From Octopus vulgaris (lineage: Eukaryota), in contig OX597830.1 of NCBI GenBank assembly GCA_951406725.2, positions 33,108,001 to 33,172,000 on the forward strand: a stretch of DNA of 64,000 nucleotides. Direction: 5' to 3'. Each line of letters begins with the position of its first letter. The first letter of the stretch is position 1. Under the pieces are notes generated by a model, which saw only the letters and a list, made by a program, of their open reading frames with translations, did no database searches and had not been told where the DNA came from. Below, piece after piece: positions 42,151-56,420 of this stretch. Made by a program: the position numbers and the translations under genes.

Positions 42151-43691
42151 ATGGCAGATACCAGTGTCATGCAAACTGGCATACATGCTGATAACACATA
42201 AAAGTACCCGTTACATGCTCGGAGTGGTTGGCATTAAGAAGGGCATCCAGCCATAGAAAACCATGCCAGATCAGACTAGATTCTGGCACAGCCTTTCAAT
42301 ATGACAGCCCAGTCACACCCTCCAACCCATGCCAGCATGGACAATGGACGATAAGTGATGATGATGGTGAGGATGATGATGATGATGTTTGTAGTCCAGC
42401 ATCAATTATGAATATTCAAGCAGTTACAGATGCATACACGTACACACAGATGTGTGTGTGTGTGTGTGGGTATGTTTGTAAGGCTGAGGCATAGCTGAGA
42501 GTGAGAGAAAGTGAGAGAGAGAGAGAGAGAGATAGGCACAGTCAGCATTGCAAGTTTGTGGAGGTTTGCTGGATATCTGCATGTAGCAATTTTGGTGTAT
42601 TTGATGGAACTACAGTCTGTTACTGTCAATAATCCTATAGAGAAACATAATCTGATGCATCATCATTACTGCCAAAACCACCATCATCATCATTTAACAT
42701 CCGTTTCATTTTCCATGCTTTCATAGGTTGGACAGCTTGATATAAGCTGGCAAGCTGCACCAGGCTCCAGTTGTCTGTTTTGGCATGGTTTCTACAACTG
42801 GATACCCTTCCTAACACCACCCACTTTACAGAGTGTACTGGGTGCTTTTTTTTAGTGGCACCAGCACCAGTGCTTTATATGTGAAACCGACACCATTATT
42901 TGAAACATGGCACCAGCGCAAGTGCTTTCTATGTGACACCAGCATGGGTGCTTTTTATGTGACTCCAGCATGTGAGTATTTTATGTGGCACCAGTAGAGG
43001 TGCCTTTCACATGGCACTATGTACCAAAAAAATATATAAATAGAAAACATGGTTTATGTGTGTGTAGAGAGAGAATATAATGTCGAGTATCTGCAGAAGG
43101 AAGAGTCAGATTTAACCTGTTAGAGTTAATTCATGGAGCAGTTTAAATGCAAGGAAGATGAGAAAGCAGATGGACAGATTTCTGAGTGGCTGATGAAGGC
43201 AGTGATATGGACATTACGACGTAAAGAGGTTTTGCTTGTTTGTCTGAAGTGTGATGTGAGTCTGTGACATGAATGCTAACTTTGGTAGTGTAAAGGACCA
43301 AAGAAATGCCAGGAGGAAATTTTCCTATATATGATTTCAATATGCTAACATATTGCTGCAATGCAGATTGACGCAAAATATGCCAATTTGGTATAAAAAA
43401 ATAAACGACAAAACAAAAATAGAAAAACAGTCAAGAAGCAGGGACTAATGTCTGATGATGTTTGCATGTAAGTTTTTTTTTTATATGTATGTATTCGTTA
43501 TACACATGAGGGTAAAGTTTTAACAGTTTCATGATTATGTGTTATATGTTTGTGTCTATGTGCCCACAAATGTATAGGTACACACATACATACGTTTGTA
43601 GACATATATACATATTCATGCATACAAATGTATATATATATTTTTAGCCTACATGTGTGCTTTTATAAATATATGCATGTGTTTATACTAC

Positions 43692-43732
<41 letters not shown>

Positions 43733-43904
43733 ACAAACATACATGTATATATATGTATATATATATATATATATATATACATATGTATATGTGTGTGTGT
43801 ATGTGTATATGTATAGATATATGTATATATATAACGGACGCTAAATGATGATGATATATATATATACAAATATATATGTATATGTTTATATATTATATAT
43901 ATAC

Positions 43905-43983
<79 letters not shown>

Positions 43984-44677
43984 TATATCTATCTATCTAT
44001 ATATATATATTTGTGTGTGTGTTGCTGTTAGGGACACCTTATTTCGTTTTGCACCCATAATGTACTACCAAGAATATATATATATATATGTATGCATATA
44101 TACGTTTATATGTGCTTGTCTGTCCATACCCACACACATACACACATACACATATATATGTGTGCGTGTGTATATATATATATATATGTATAGATACACA
44201 CACACACACACACACCTACGCACACACACACACACGCACACGCACACACACACACACATATACTTCCACGTATACATATATATATACAAACAAGCACTGT
44301 TATGAATCTGTATGCTGTATGCAAACACCACCTAGCAACTTGTACAAAAGAAAATGCAAATGCTATCATTGACAGACGTTTGCTGAGTATTGAACCAACA
44401 ACTAAAGCAGCAAGACTAAAAGACGATAAATAAATAGCAGAGAATGGAATGAAAATTGGAGAATTAAGCGAAAATGTCCTGAAGACTTTCTGCTGCATCT
44501 CCTTATGTTTCCATAACTATGAATTATTGGTTTTGTGTTTCACCTTCTAAGTAATGGTGTTATTTATCACATACCAGATTGCGGGCACCTTTAATTATCG
44601 GAAAAATAAGTTTATTTGCTTGTTATTTATGCAAATCTCTAGATGGAGATCCCACTCCTCTCTTTCCTTCTCTATGT

Positions 44678-44751
<74 letters not shown>

Positions 44752-44888
44752 TATGTACATATATATATATATGGATATATGGATATATGTACAAATGTAT
44801 ATATATATATATGTGTGTGTATATAGAAATGTATATATATATATATATATGTATATGAATGTATACATATATGTGTGTGTGTATATGT

Positions 44889-44927
<39 letters not shown>

Positions 44928-44928
44928 G

Positions 44929-44960
<32 letters not shown>

Positions 44961-45060
44961 TACACATGTATGTATATATGTATATATATAGATGTGTATA
45001 TATATATATATATATGCATGTATATATGTATATATATATATATATATATATGTGTATATA

Positions 45061-45099
<39 letters not shown>

Positions 45100-46464
45100 C
45101 TCTATGGGAGTGTGGTGAGTGTCAGTGTGTATAAATATATGAGTGTGTAAGTATACTTATGTGTGTGTGTGAGTGTGTGTGAGCATGTGTGTGTGTGTGT
45201 GTCCGTGCGCTTGGGTGTGTGTGTGTGTGTGTGTGTGTGTGCAGGGGGGGCGGGGGGCGAGTGATTTTTCCGTATGTGTTCTTGTGTGTATTTGTCATTC
45301 TCCCATAATTCAAAGCAGATATTCATAACATAACAATGCAATGTTTTGTCAGTGTGAGCAACAATGTAGCTGGAAAAATTTACATATATTTACATATGTT
45401 TTTAGCACAACACTCGAACGTGCATACATGCAAACAGCTAACATACAATGAATATATAAATAACTGACAATGAATATATAATGTGGAATGAGTTGAATTA
45501 TCGTCAGCATCATCATCACCATCATCATCATCATCATCATCGTCGTCGTCGTCATCGTCTTCATCATTACCATCTATCATCAGAATTATTATGACCAGTT
45601 TATTGCTCATTTTGTCATACAACCATAGCCAAAACAGTTTTTGGAGTATTGTGAGAAATTGCTTTTCATTTCACTAAGCTTTTATCCTTTCCGTTCCTTA
45701 ATTTCGGTTTTAATGCAATCTCTCTGATGTAAGGGATTGTTTTTACTCTTATTTGTGGGATCCATAAATACATAGGTAGGTTCAAACCTTACTAAAGGCA
45801 TTCATAATGCCACATCACCATGAATGTGCCATTAATTTAGCTACACCAATAATCAGTATAAGAAAGTTAATGTTTGATAATGTCCCCAAAAATATAAACA
45901 TTTTGTCTGCTATTTATTATTTTTATTTTTGTAATTCCTGCTGCTCTATAGAAATTTTTGGCCAGTGAAGTGTATTAGATATTTTATCATTTATTTTTTG
46001 CTTGTTTCCATCGTTAGACTGTGGCCATGCTGGGGCAACACATTGAAAGAATTTTTAGTGGAAGCAATCAACCACAATACTTATTTTTTTGTTTGTTTTT
46101 TAAGCCTGGTTCCTATTCTGTTGGTCACTTTTAGTGAACCGCTAAGCTCTGAGGAATGTAAACTTACAAACACTGTTATCCATCAGTGCTGTTGGTGGGG
46201 GTCAAACACAGACACAAAGACAGAAACACACACAGCCACACATACATTTGATTAATGAGAGATGGAAGATGGAAGATACATGAATTTTTATTAATCACTA
46301 TGATTGGACTCTCTCGAGTAAGATACTTAACAACTGGTTCAGGAGCATCTGATGGTGCAGATGTATCTCTTCAGCTGTTTTTTGCATGAATTTGGTATAT
46401 AAAAACTGTCTGGAAGTCTGTAATATATGCATTCATATATCAATCTATCTGGAAGTCTGTAATA

Positions 46465-46576
<112 letters not shown>

Positions 46577-46628
46577 CCAACCTGTGCTAGCATGGAAAGC
46601 AGATGTTAAATGATGATGATGATATATA

Positions 46629-46691
<63 letters not shown>

Positions 46692-46844
46692 ATGTATATT
46701 TATATACATAATATATATATACAGATAGATAGGAATATATATATGTATATATATGTATATTATATATATATATATATGTGTGTGTATTATGGATCTATCT
46801 ACCTACCTATATTTCTGTATATATATATATATATATATTTATAA

Positions 46845-47040
46845 ATCACGAAAAGAAGAACAAACAAAGAACAACAACACAAGTATGTGGTACATATAAA
46901 GTATTAGTAGATGCTCAGGGAAGGAAAGAAAGATGGTTTAACATTTCGAGCAGGCGCTCTTCTTTGGAAAGATAAGAAAGTGCAATAGAAGGAAAGACAG
47001 AGGAAGAAAATAGCCAATGATTCACATGGGGTTATACATA
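46845..47040 (-). mobile_element. Penelope-like terminal remnant with a degenerate hammerhead-like motif (about 46935-46972)
   Basis: The minus strand reads ttt CCAAAGA agagc-gcct-gctc GAAA tgtTA aac. A homologous fragment lies at 28200-28300. Both sit next to (TA)n. Confidence 0.4.
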
Positions 47041-47816
47041 TTTTTTATCGGGTGAATATGAATTCATTCTTTAATTGGAATTATTTCCATGTTGGATTTC
47101 TTTCAGTTGCCATCTGTCAAATCCACTCACAAGGCTTCAGTCGACCCGAGGCTATAGTGGGAAAAATTGCCCAATGTGCCATGAGGTGGGACTGAACCTG
47201 GAACCATGTGATTGAAAAGCAAGCTTCTTGCCACACTGTCACACCTGCGCCTCTATGTTAAGATGTCAAGATATCTTTTTTTCACGTTTCTTGTTTACTT
47301 GTTTCAGTTACTGGAGACTGCAACCATGCTGGGGCCCTGCCTTAAAGAGTTTTAGCCAAACGAATTGACCCTCCCCACCATCATCACCACCACAACCACT
47401 ATGACTAACATCAGGTACTTATTCTCTATTATCAAACCACTAAGTTACACATGAATGTAAATATACCACTATCAGTTGTCAAAGGGAGTAGTCCAAATAG
47501 ACACAAATACAAGCACACGCAGACACACACACACATATATATATATAAACAGATAGAGATATATACATACTCACACACACTCATATATATGTATGTATTT
47601 GTGTGTGCGGGTGTGTGTATATATATATTTATATATAGATATGTAAAAAAAAAAATACAAAAATGGGACCAGAACGTAAAACATCAGACAGTTAAGTGAT
47701 ACAAAAAAGGGACAACAAAACACCCAAACAGACGATGCAAAGAAAACAAGGATGGGTCATTTGGAGTTTTCTATCCTCAGTCGAGTTCCAGATTATCTTT
47801 GCACTTTCAGCTGGTT

Positions 47817-47871
<55 letters not shown>

Positions 47872-49076
47872 TAGATATAGACATGTGAAGGCATATATGG
47901 CAGACTTACACACAATCTCTAAGCACCAAATTCATGCACAAAACAATCGTCAGCCCAGGGTTAAAACAAAAGATTCTTCGACAAGGTGCTGTGCAGTGTG
48001 ACTGAATGTAAAACTACATGACTGCAAAGCAGTCTTAAAAGTGTTTTAGTTTTTTTTTTCCCCAAAAAAAACATCCAGTCAAATGTTTCGTCATTAATTG
48101 AGCTGACTATACTCTATTCACTGGCGCTTAATCATCAATCCTTTACCTAGAATGGAAGATAATGTCAACCCAAAAGGATTTGAACTTGAAATGTTGAATT
48201 ATAAGAGTTAATCAAAGAAAGTCATTAGTTTTCTTAATTTCCATTTCTACTAACTTGCTAGCCTGAAGAAATATCTCCAGAATGTAATAGTTGGAATGTA
48301 TGTCCCATCTGCAGTAGATGTGTTTTTGGAATCTTACTAGATGTTGTGCATTTTTCTTTGAATCATAATGTTTACATACATGCATTTGTCAGTAGTAATT
48401 TTTATAATGGCAGGGAGTTGGCAGGAACGATAGGGAGTTGGATTAAATATCTCACATGTTATTATTTGGTCTTTTTACAGTGTTGACTTTGCTTTCCCTC
48501 CCTCAAGGATCAATAAAATTAATACAAATAATGTACAAGAGTCATTCCTAGCAAACCTGACTTTCTGCCACATGAAAAATAAATCAGTTTATCTTGCTTG
48601 GATTATTATTTATGATCATGGGGTCTTGGTTGCATGGTTCTTTTATTGGCTAAATTCAAAATGATTTGTTCTATAAAAATTTGATGACAAAGTAGACCTT
48701 GAAGTATGTAGGTTATGAAAATTTGTAGACCAATTTCGAAGACAAAATTATAAACAATTTTGTAGGTTTACCAAAGAATGAGAATGTTCCTGATTTCATC
48801 CTTGCAAGTGTGTATAATTTTAAAAAATTTTTCTAAAGTATAAGCTGCAGTAATGCTGGGACCCTGCCTTAACAAGTTTTAGTCAAAAGAATCAACCCTC
48901 CCCACCACCACCACCACCACCAGTAACGTCTAATTTTTTAAAGTCAGGTACTTATTCTCTCAAGCTCTATTGTCAATCCACTAAGTTACACATAAATGTA
49001 AATATGCCACTATCAGTTGTCAAGGGGAGTAGTCCAAATAGACACAAATACAAGCACACACAGACACACACACATA

Positions 49077-49184
<108 letters not shown>

Positions 49185-49313
49185 AATGTATGTATTTGTG
49201 TGTGTGTGTGTGTGTGTATATATTTATATATATACAGAGATTAATGTTGATTATAGAACAATCACAGGTTTTAGATTGGAGTGTGTGTGTGCATATATAT
49301 ATATATATATATA

Positions 49314-50949
49314 CTAGCTGAAGGTGACCCGCTCTGCGCGCGGGTAAGAGTGTGGTTGTTACTTTCTGTTGCTTCCTTTCAGCACGTAAAAAGTACCATC
49401 CGAACGTGGCGGATTGCAGCGCCGCCTTGACTGGCTTCTGTGCCAGTGACACGTAAAAAGCACCAACCGATCGGGGCCATTGCCAGCCCCCCTGGCACCT
49501 GTGCCGGCGGCACGAAAAATGCACCCACTACGCTCACAGAGTGGTTGGCGTTAGGAAGGGCATCCACCTGTAGAAACACTGCCAGATCAGACTGGAGCCT
49601 AGTGCAGCCTCCTGGTTTCCCAGACCCTGGTCAAACTGTCCAACCCGTGCTAGCTCGGAAAACAGACGTTAAACGATGATGATGATGATTCTCCCTCTTT
49701 GTTTCTCTCTCCTTTCTCTCTCACTTTCCCCACTCTCTTACTCTTCCTTTCTCTCGGACTCTCCCTCGCTTTCTCTTACTCTCTATCTTTATCTATCTCT
49801 CTCCCATTTATAAACAACAAAATATCTTGAGTAAGTTGAGAAATAAAATATTTAGAAAGATCAATCATAAATATCAGGCAGTAACAACGGAAAGGTCTGC
49901 TTCAAGGCAGACAGCAAAACACTAACATTTAAAAGGGACAGACGAACTTGCGAGCTGAATAAAAATAATAAAATATTGGAAACCAAAGTTTGAAGGGATA
50001 GAATCTGAGGGTAGTAGAGTCAGCATGGCTGGCATTTCTTAACGTCGAACAGCAACGTTTTGACAGTTTAACGGCTGGCGTAAAATTTTGAACTTGATGT
50101 AAAAGAAAATCCCTAAACACCAAGTTTTGAAGTGATTCTTTTTCACAACAGTAGACTCACCATGGCAAGCATTCAAAACATCTTCATCATGGACGGCAAC
50201 ACATTGACGATTAAAAGGCTGGCGCAAATTTTTTAGCTTGATGTAACAGAGAATTGCTAAACACCCGCTCCTTTAAATTTTAATCCCCTTCCAGCCCCAT
50301 TTATACTCCTTTTCACCTTTTGGTTAATATAACCCGATTTCATTTGGGTCTACTGGGGCCACATTTTATAAGATGAGGACTCAACCCAGTTTCCCAAGTT
50401 CTGGTAATAGACCATAGAACACTCAACCAAGTTTCCCGATTTCTGGTCATAGACCATAGAACAGTCAAGCAAGTTTCCCGAGTTCTGGTCATAGACCATA
50501 GAACACTCAACCAAGTTTCCCGAGTTCTGGTCATAGACCATAGAACACTAAACCAAGTTTCCCGAGTTCTGGTCATTTGCAGAATAAATAGAGACGGCGG
50601 AGGTGGCAGACGTCGTTGCAATGTAAACATGATTTGTTATAAGAGAAAGATTGTCCAGATTGTGTGTTGGTGGTGTTGGTGGTGGCAATGATAATTATCA
50701 TTAGGAAAAAGAGTGAGTGAGTGAGGAAGACACATAAGTTGTGGCGATGATAATTGTAGACCCCTTTTCACATTTTGATGAAGAGAACCCGATTTCATTC
50801 GGGTGTACTGGGGCCACATATAGGTGTGTGTGTGTGTGTGTGTGTGCACGCTGTAGAAATTAAATTAGAGATAAAACCACTAATAGGGAAATGAAACAGT
50901 AAAAAACCAAAAACAAAAACATAAAAATAGAAATATAATATTAGATATA

Positions 50950-50991
<42 letters not shown>

Positions 50992-51410
50992 GACAGGTAG
51001 ACAATAGAATGCGATGGCGATGGGGATGGCTATGTAATATTTGTTACTGTCCATGAACGCTGATAGATACATGAGTAAAATGTATAGGAAGGTAAGCGAT
51101 AAGAGTGAGTGAAAATGTTCTTGGAAGAGAGTAAATAGCGACAGAGTGATTTGAGGAAGACTTTACATTAAATAACGGTAGTTGCATTGTCAAATGAAGA
51201 GGAGTGACAGAGTACTGGAGGAAATAGGGTGAGGTAGGAAGATGGCCCGTAGCAACCACACCTTTTAAGATAGGGATTTCTAAGGTAGCCCACGCGCATC
51301 GTCACCTCATTCTACATGTCCCTGTAAATTTTGGAGCGAATCGGACGGGATGTAGTGGCATTGAAAGCGAACCAAGCGGTAAAAACGCATTTCAGTTTTA
51401 TATATAGAGA
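49314..51410 (-). mobile_element. Non-autonomous Helitron, about 2.1 kb
   Basis: The minus strand starts A|TCTCTATATATAAAA at 51410 and ends CTAG|T at 49314. A GC hairpin acccgc-N7-gcgggt (49327-49345) lies 9 nt from the CTAG. The target is A|T with no TSD. Confidence 0.75.
50379..50576. repeat. 42-bp minisatellite, about 4.7 copies, inside the Helitron
   Basis: The unit actcaaccaagtttcccgagttctggtcatagaccatagaac starts at 50379, 50421, 50463, 50505 and 50547. Confidence 0.95.
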
Positions 51411-51489
51411 TATATATATATATACGTATGTATATATGTATGTATGTTACCAAAATCACATAGAAATATCTTGAAATACTAAAGAGTAA

Positions 51490-52659
51490 ATTTATTCAAT
51501 AAGATCGCTATTGGCTTCAACTATGACCTCCACATGACTTCAGAATCTTCTGCAATGCTTCTGGATGTTCTCCTTGTTTAAGTTGGTGAATGCTTCCATA
51601 AAACTTGCCTTCAGTTCATCTTTGGTGTTACAAGTTTTGTTGGTCTCTTGCTCAACTGCATCCACACATAACAACTAAGGCAGTTGCAGTCTAGAGAGTC
51701 ATGTGGCCAAATGTTAGGGGTGGTGTGGTCGTAGAAATTGTTTGACTGCCATGACTGGGTTCTCCTGCTTGTGTGGTATGGTGCAGAGTCCTGTTGCAAG
51801 ACATAGGGTTTTCCAGCAGCCACCCTCTTGACCCAAGGCAACACTACCTCCTCCAGGCACTTAATGTAGGTCTCCGTGTTGAGTGTGAGGTTGTGTGAGA
51901 AGATGAATGGAGGCATAACATCACCATTACTAGTGATCAGTCCAAACACCATGATGTTGACTGGATGTTTGCTTTTTATCACTCTTGGTACATGTTTAGG
52001 GAACACAGCAAGCCAACGGTTGTTCTGTGTGTTCACCATCTGATCCTGGCAGAATTTTTTTCTTGTCTGGGAAAAACCAAAGCATGTTTGGTTGGAGGGG
52101 ATGCTTCAGTTTTTCAAAAGCTTTGTAGTACGGTTTGCCCTCTTGTCCTTGATGGCTTAGATAAAAATTGGTTCATTCTTATCTTGTATGAGGAATACCG
52201 AATGTCTTCATGCACTACCTGCTTGATAAGAAACTCAGACACTCCTATATCCCTGGTGATGGACCTGACTGACTTGGAGGGATCGTTGTCAATCATGGCC
52301 TGGATCTCATCAAAAAATTCAAAAGTTCTTTTCTTATCAGAATGATTGGTGTGAGTTTTCTGAGCTGCCATACCTTCCTAATCACCATTAGACTCATCCA
52401 TGTCTTGCCAAATCCTCTGTAATGTCCTCAGATTGACACCCAATCACTCTGGAACGTTTGTATTGGAGCTTCTGGTGTGAATGCCAAGTATATCATTACC
52501 AAATTTCTGGCAGAGTGAATTGTGTTGTGGTGATGTTTTTCTTACACACATTGCACAACTGACCCCACCATACTGAGTAGTAAACAAAATCAAGAAGAAA
52601 CAATGCACATACACAAAATTAAAAATATAAAATGCCAGCGGTTTACCCATCGCACCCTG
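51490..52659 (-). mobile_element. Tc1/mariner maT-type (DD37D) transposon relic with a transposase pseudogene
   Basis: Translates as WFFPDK..FCQDQMVNTQNNRW...IMVFGLI...QQDSAPYH...WPHDSLDCNCLS, with 37 residues between the QQD aspartate and the mutated third-D position, and a C-terminal EANSDLIE*. The 5' end TA|CAGGGTG is at 52659. Frameshifts are present. Confidence 0.85.
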
Positions 52660-52809
52660 TATATGTGTGTGAGTGTATATATATATATATATATATATAT
52701 AGTATATGTGTGATGTGGTGTGTCTATCTACCTGTCTGTCCATCTACCCATCTATCCACCCTCCTATCTATTTAAATATTCTCAGTATATATATATATAT
52801 ATATATAAA

Positions 52810-54063
52810 CAGGGTGCATAAGATATTTGAGGACAGATTTATGTTTATAAAAACATAAATATATAACAACAGATAACAATTTTATTTTTCAAAAAATGCT
52901 ATGAGGATAAAAATAAACCTTCTTTCTATAATGTTAATTCAATAAAGTCACCTTCAGCATCAACAACTGGTTCTGTATGAGATCTAAATCATCTACATGC
53001 TCAATTCAAGTGATCCTGGTTCATTTTGGACATTACTCTGACTATTCCAGGTTTCAAAGAATCTTTGGTGTTATAGACATGTTCATTGACCTCTCTCTCT
53101 CAACAATGTTACACATGTGATAGTCCAATGGATTGAGATCTGGGGAATTAGGAGGCCAAATGTTAGGTGTTATGTGATCATGAAAATTTTGAGCCATCCA
53201 TTCCTTTGTTATTAGAGCCATGTGTGATAGTGCAGAATTTTAGTAAAAAACATATGGCCTTCTATTGCATACACTATCTATCCAGGGTTTAAGAATTATT
53301 TCCATGACCTCAATGAAGGTGGCAGATTTAACTCTAAGGCCTATGGGGAAAGATGTAAGGAGGCACCACATGTCCTTCATTGCTGAGAACCCCTAAAACC
53401 ATGACAGTTGCAGGAAATTTTGTATGCATAATACTTGTAACTTCAGAAAGGTCTACACATAACCATCTGTCATTTCATCTGTTAACTTTTTGATCTTGGT
53501 CGAAGTTTTTCTCATTTAAGAAAAACCAAACCAAATCTTCTTCTGCTGGATTTTCCAGTTTGTTTAAGAGCCTTTTAGATCTGATGCAGGGATTTTCTTT
53601 TGCTTTTTCTGACAAACTGACCTTTCCTCATCATATAAGACTTATATCTGATGTCTTCATGGACAACATTTCTGACTTTTCCTTCTGACACATGGGGATC
53701 TTTTGCAATTGACCTCATGGACTTTCTGGGATTGTAATCAATGGTCTCTTGAACTTGGTGGATAAATTCAGGTGTTCTGATGATTTCAGAGCATTTAGAA
53801 TACATTTTATGCTTTGATACTGGGGATACATTTCCATCTTCTGTCTCTAACTCCTTACAAACTTTATTGACGAAAGAAGTGGCAACTTTTAAGAATTGAA
53901 ATATTTCTAAATCGCTATGTTCAGCATTTATAACCACAATAACAGCATGCTTCTTCATTTCTTGAGTAAGTTGAGGGTCTGTCATTATTATTTTCTAAGA
54001 CAAAGATTATACAGCATTATCAAAAAATGCAGCAATGACCCAAAACAGATATGTCCTCAAAAA
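52810..54063 (-). mobile_element. Second, distinct maT-like Tc1/mariner relic
   Basis: The N-terminal HTH ORF is at 53575-53985 (NPRKSMRSIAKD..VSE...RNVVHEDIRYKSY), followed by WPPNSPDLNPLDY and a C-terminal DAEGDFIE. A TIR cagggtgcataagatatttgaggaca is at 52810, and a partial partner tgtcctcaaa is near 54052. Confidence 0.85.
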
Positions 54064-55109
54064 CCATTACATCAGGGGTGGGGAAAACCCCACTTGTGGG
54101 TGCAATCATGCTTACATGCTTAGCACACTGGGTGAAATGCCTAGTGTTACTTTGTCTTTACGTTCATTTCAGGATCGATAAATTAAGTACCAGTTGCATA
54201 CTGGGGTCGATCTAATTGACTGCCCCTCCGTCCCCCAAAATTTCGGGCCTTGTGCCTAGATTAGAAAAGAATTGTACCCACAGCCCCATCTTATTTCACT
54301 CGCAGGATGATATACTTGTTTGTACAAAATATAATAAATTTTTCAATTATAAAATTTATACAATATTCCTAAGCCTATTTATGACATAATTCACATTTCT
54401 ACGACAACTTACAATGGTTAGACTCGAATGGAAAATCATCTGGTAATTGCCAATTGAATGGAAATTTTGTTTTCACTATGAAACACATATTGCTAGGTTT
54501 GTACCATCCCCTACACTCCAGCTGAAAAATATAGAATAGCTCATAAGTAATATCACCATGATCATCGTGACCGACCAGGCAATCAGATGTTGCTATGCAT
54601 CGCTGGTCACAATGCGCTTCACATTGTTTTAGCCTTCAAATGACGCCACCCCACTGGCTAAGTGAGCAAGCCAACAGAAGAAAGAGTGAGAGAAAGTTGT
54701 GGCGAAAGAGTACAGTGGGGATTGCCACCACCCCCTGCCGGAGCCTCGTGGAGCTTTTAGGTGTTTTTGCTCAAGAAACACTCACAATGGTCGGTCTGGG
54801 AATCGAAACTGCAATCCTATGACTAACAACAGCCACATGATTGGGAAATTAGCTTCTTAACTGAAGATTCATGCCTGCGTCAATCATCATCATTAAGGTG
54901 GCAAACTGGTAGAATCATTGCCGCACCGGGAAAAATGCTTAATGGTATTTCGTCTGTCTTTATGTTCTGAACTCAAATTCCACCAATGTCAACTTTATCT
55001 TTCAATCTTACAGGGGTCAATAAAATAAGTACCAGTTGTATACTGAGGTCGACGTAATCGAGTATCTCCTCTCTCAAAATTTTCAAGCCTTATGCCTTTA
55101 GTAGAAAGG

Positions 55110-55182
<73 letters not shown>

Positions 55183-55184
<2 letters not shown>

Positions 55185-55721
55185 GAGTGAGAGAGCAGTT
55201 CATGCCATCAAAGTGACACTGGGGTAAAATATACAAAGCCCAATATACCCATCATGACTACCCGTGTGATAAGGGTACACCAGGCACATGCATCACAACC
55301 ATATGTGCACGACATGATGATCTCATATCAAGATAAACAGCACATGACCTTGCAGGTGGGGCCCAGTTAGAATTTTCTTCAGGTTGAGTAGCCCATCCCG
55401 CTCAAAGGTCCCTGAATAAGGGTTGTTTAAGGATGTTGAACGAAACACCCATGTTTCCAGAGGTGAATTATTAAAACCCCAAAGAATCCCTCTCAACACA
55501 TGGCTATGATGCTCCCCCACTACTTCTGCTCATGATCAGAGATGCACATATCGTCAGCCACTGGTTAAGGTTAAACAACTGACAAGCAAATCTGTGGTAT
55601 TGAGCAGAATATTTGCTGTAGCCCATCTTTTATACCAAGACAAAACAATGTACATGATAACACTTCCAATCAGTTAAGATCAGAAGCCATGAGAGCCACT
55701 GCCTGGTACTGCATCAGGGCA

Positions 55722-55722
<1 letters not shown>
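55183..55722. mobile_element. (TTA)n-embedded ~550-bp element, copy 3
   Basis: Highly similar to 8171-8720 apart from a short internal deletion. TTA runs lie on both sides. Confidence 0.9.
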
Positions 55723-55773
<51 letters not shown>

Positions 55774-56352
55774 GGTGGTGATCTGGTAGATCTGTTTGCA
55801 TGTGAGACAAAATGTTTAGGAGCTGTTTTGCCTGTCTACACTTTCTGAATTCAAATTCTTCTGAGATCGATTTTGTCTTTCATCCTTTCAAGGTTGACAA
55901 AATCAGTACCAGTCAAGCACAAGAGTGGGGCAGGGGGATATGTAATCATAAAACACCTTCCCCACCTCACGATTAGTTGGGGTGTCTGTGGTTATACTAG
56001 AAGATACTTGTTCAAGGTGCTGTGCAGTAGGACTGAACCCAAGACCACATGGTTGGGAAGCAAGCTTTTAAACCACACAACTAAACTTGCATACACACAC
56101 ACACACACATGCGTGTGTTAATATGGTTTCTGATTTTCTGAGTGTGATCAAGGGTATTCAAACCATGACCATCACACCTCAATTTCAAACATGGTCAGAG
56201 TTCTAGAATACATTATTCAATCAATCCCTCTTGTTGCATGTCTGTAAGACATAATTTAAAGGAAATTCAGTTGCTATTTTCAGCAGGCTGACTGACCATG
56301 TAGCTGTGGCAATGCCGAAACATTTTTTCTTGTATTTGTGTGTGTATGTCTG

Positions 56353-56420
<68 letters not shown>

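Noticed and set aside
43140-43262. Short open frame ending at a GTGAGT donor-like site
   Set aside because: The acceptor is weak, the peptide is unrecognisable and I found no partner exons.
46325-46382. Minus-strand CTGAAGA plus hairpin (catctg/cagatg), hammerhead-like
   Set aside because: It has GAAC instead of GAAA and no acceptable stem III or NUH triplet.
48680-48830. Faint resemblance to a hAT transposase C-terminus
   Set aside because: It is too short and too degenerate to support by eye.
50379-50576. Regularly spaced repeats that look like a CRISPR array
   Set aside because: The units are contiguous 42-bp tandem copies with no unique spacers, the context is eukaryotic and no cas genes are present.
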